Part shown: piece by piece, positions 63,529 to 64,000 of the stretch
Position numbering within the stretch: position 1 is the stretch's first letter
How the letters are laid out: every line of letters begins with the position of its first letter
Assembly: GCF_001677475.2 (NCBI RefSeq)
Contig: NZ_CP015229.1
Reading direction: 5' to 3' (one strand)
Source of the DNA: Escherichia coli
GTDB lineage: Bacteria; Pseudomonadota; Gammaproteobacteria; Enterobacterales; Enterobacteriaceae
Length of the DNA: 64,000 bases
Program-made: the position numbers and the translations under genes
Notes under the pieces: model-generated
The model's database searches: none
Told to the model about the DNA's origin: nothing
Seen by the model: only the letters and a program-made list of their open reading frames with translations

Positions 63529-64000
63529 ATGAATAACAGCGCTTTTACTTTCCAGACACTACACCCGGATACCATCATGGACGCTCTGTTTGAGCAAGGG
63601 ATCCGGGTGGATTCCGGTCTTACCCCGCTTAACAGCTATGAAAACCGTGTCTATCAATTTCAGGACGAAGATCGTCGACGTTTTGTCGTCAAATTTTATC
63701 GCCCTGAACGTTGGACAGCCGATCAAATCCTCGAAGAACATCAATTTGCGTTGCAGCTGGTAAATGATGAAGTTCCGGTCGCAGCACCTGTGGCCTTTAA
63801 CGGTCAGACTTTATTGAATCATCAGGGATTTTATTTCGCTGTTTTTCCAAGCGTCGGTGGTCGCCAGTTCGAAGCTGATAATATCGATCAGATGGAAGCG
63901 GTTGGGCGTTATTTAGGGCGTATGCACCAGACGGGGCGCAAACAGCTTTTTATCCATCGCCCGACCATCGGTCTGAATGAATATCTCATTGAGCCACGCA
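63529..64000 (+). CDS. srkA: Stress-response Ser/Thr kinase SrkA (YihE/RdoA), N-terminal part; runs off window end
   Basis: ATG near 63529 translating MNNSAFTFQTLHPDTIMDALFEQGIRVDSGLTPLNSYENRVYQF; no stop before window end. Confidence 0.8.
   Translation, partial: MNNSAFTFQTLHPDTIMDALFEQGIRVDSGLTPLNSYENRVYQFQDEDRRRFVVKFYRPERWTADQILEEHQFALQLVNDEVPVAAPVAFNGQTLLNHQGFYFAVFPSVGGRQFEADNIDQMEAVGRYLGRMHQTGRKQLFIHRPTIGLNEYLIEPR

Overview
This window is an Escherichia coli-type chromosomal segment, collinear (from memory, not by alignment) with the K-12 region hemYXDC – cyaA – cyaY – dapF – xerC – uvrD – corA – rarD – pldA – recQ – rhtCB – pldB – metR/metE – udp – rmuC – ubiEJB – tatABCD – rfaH – ubiD – fre – fadBA – pepQ – trkH – hemG – rrnA operon – mobBA – yihDE. 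Most of it is conserved core genome with standard terminators, REP elements, a LexA box at uvrD and the rrnA P1/P2 promoters. Two segments look accessory relative to my recollection of K-12. (1) An ~8.2 kb, eight-gene minus-strand operon between metE and ysgA (28.4–36.6 kb). It encodes an isochorismatase-family amidohydrolase, a DUF2877/FdrA-like/DUF1116 trio (same order as yahE-yahF-yahG and related to fdrA-ylbE-ylbF), a carbamate kinase, a small allophanate-hydrolase C-domain-like protein, a CodB-like NCS1 permease and a LysR regulator. I read it as an uncharacterised catabolic module for a carbamoyl/ureido compound that yields ATP via carbamoyl phosphate; this is the main candidate for an undescribed system. 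(2) A single-gene insertion between uvrD and yigE encoding a signal-peptide-bearing DUF62 (SAM hydroxide adenosyltransferase/halogenase-family) protein. CDS coordinates follow the supplied ORF track, with several starts moved to internal ATGs to match known protein lengths; non-CDS coordinates were read by eye and may be off by 1–2 bp. Antisense and rRNA-internal ORFs in the track were treated as spurious. No CRISPR array, integrase or transposase was seen.
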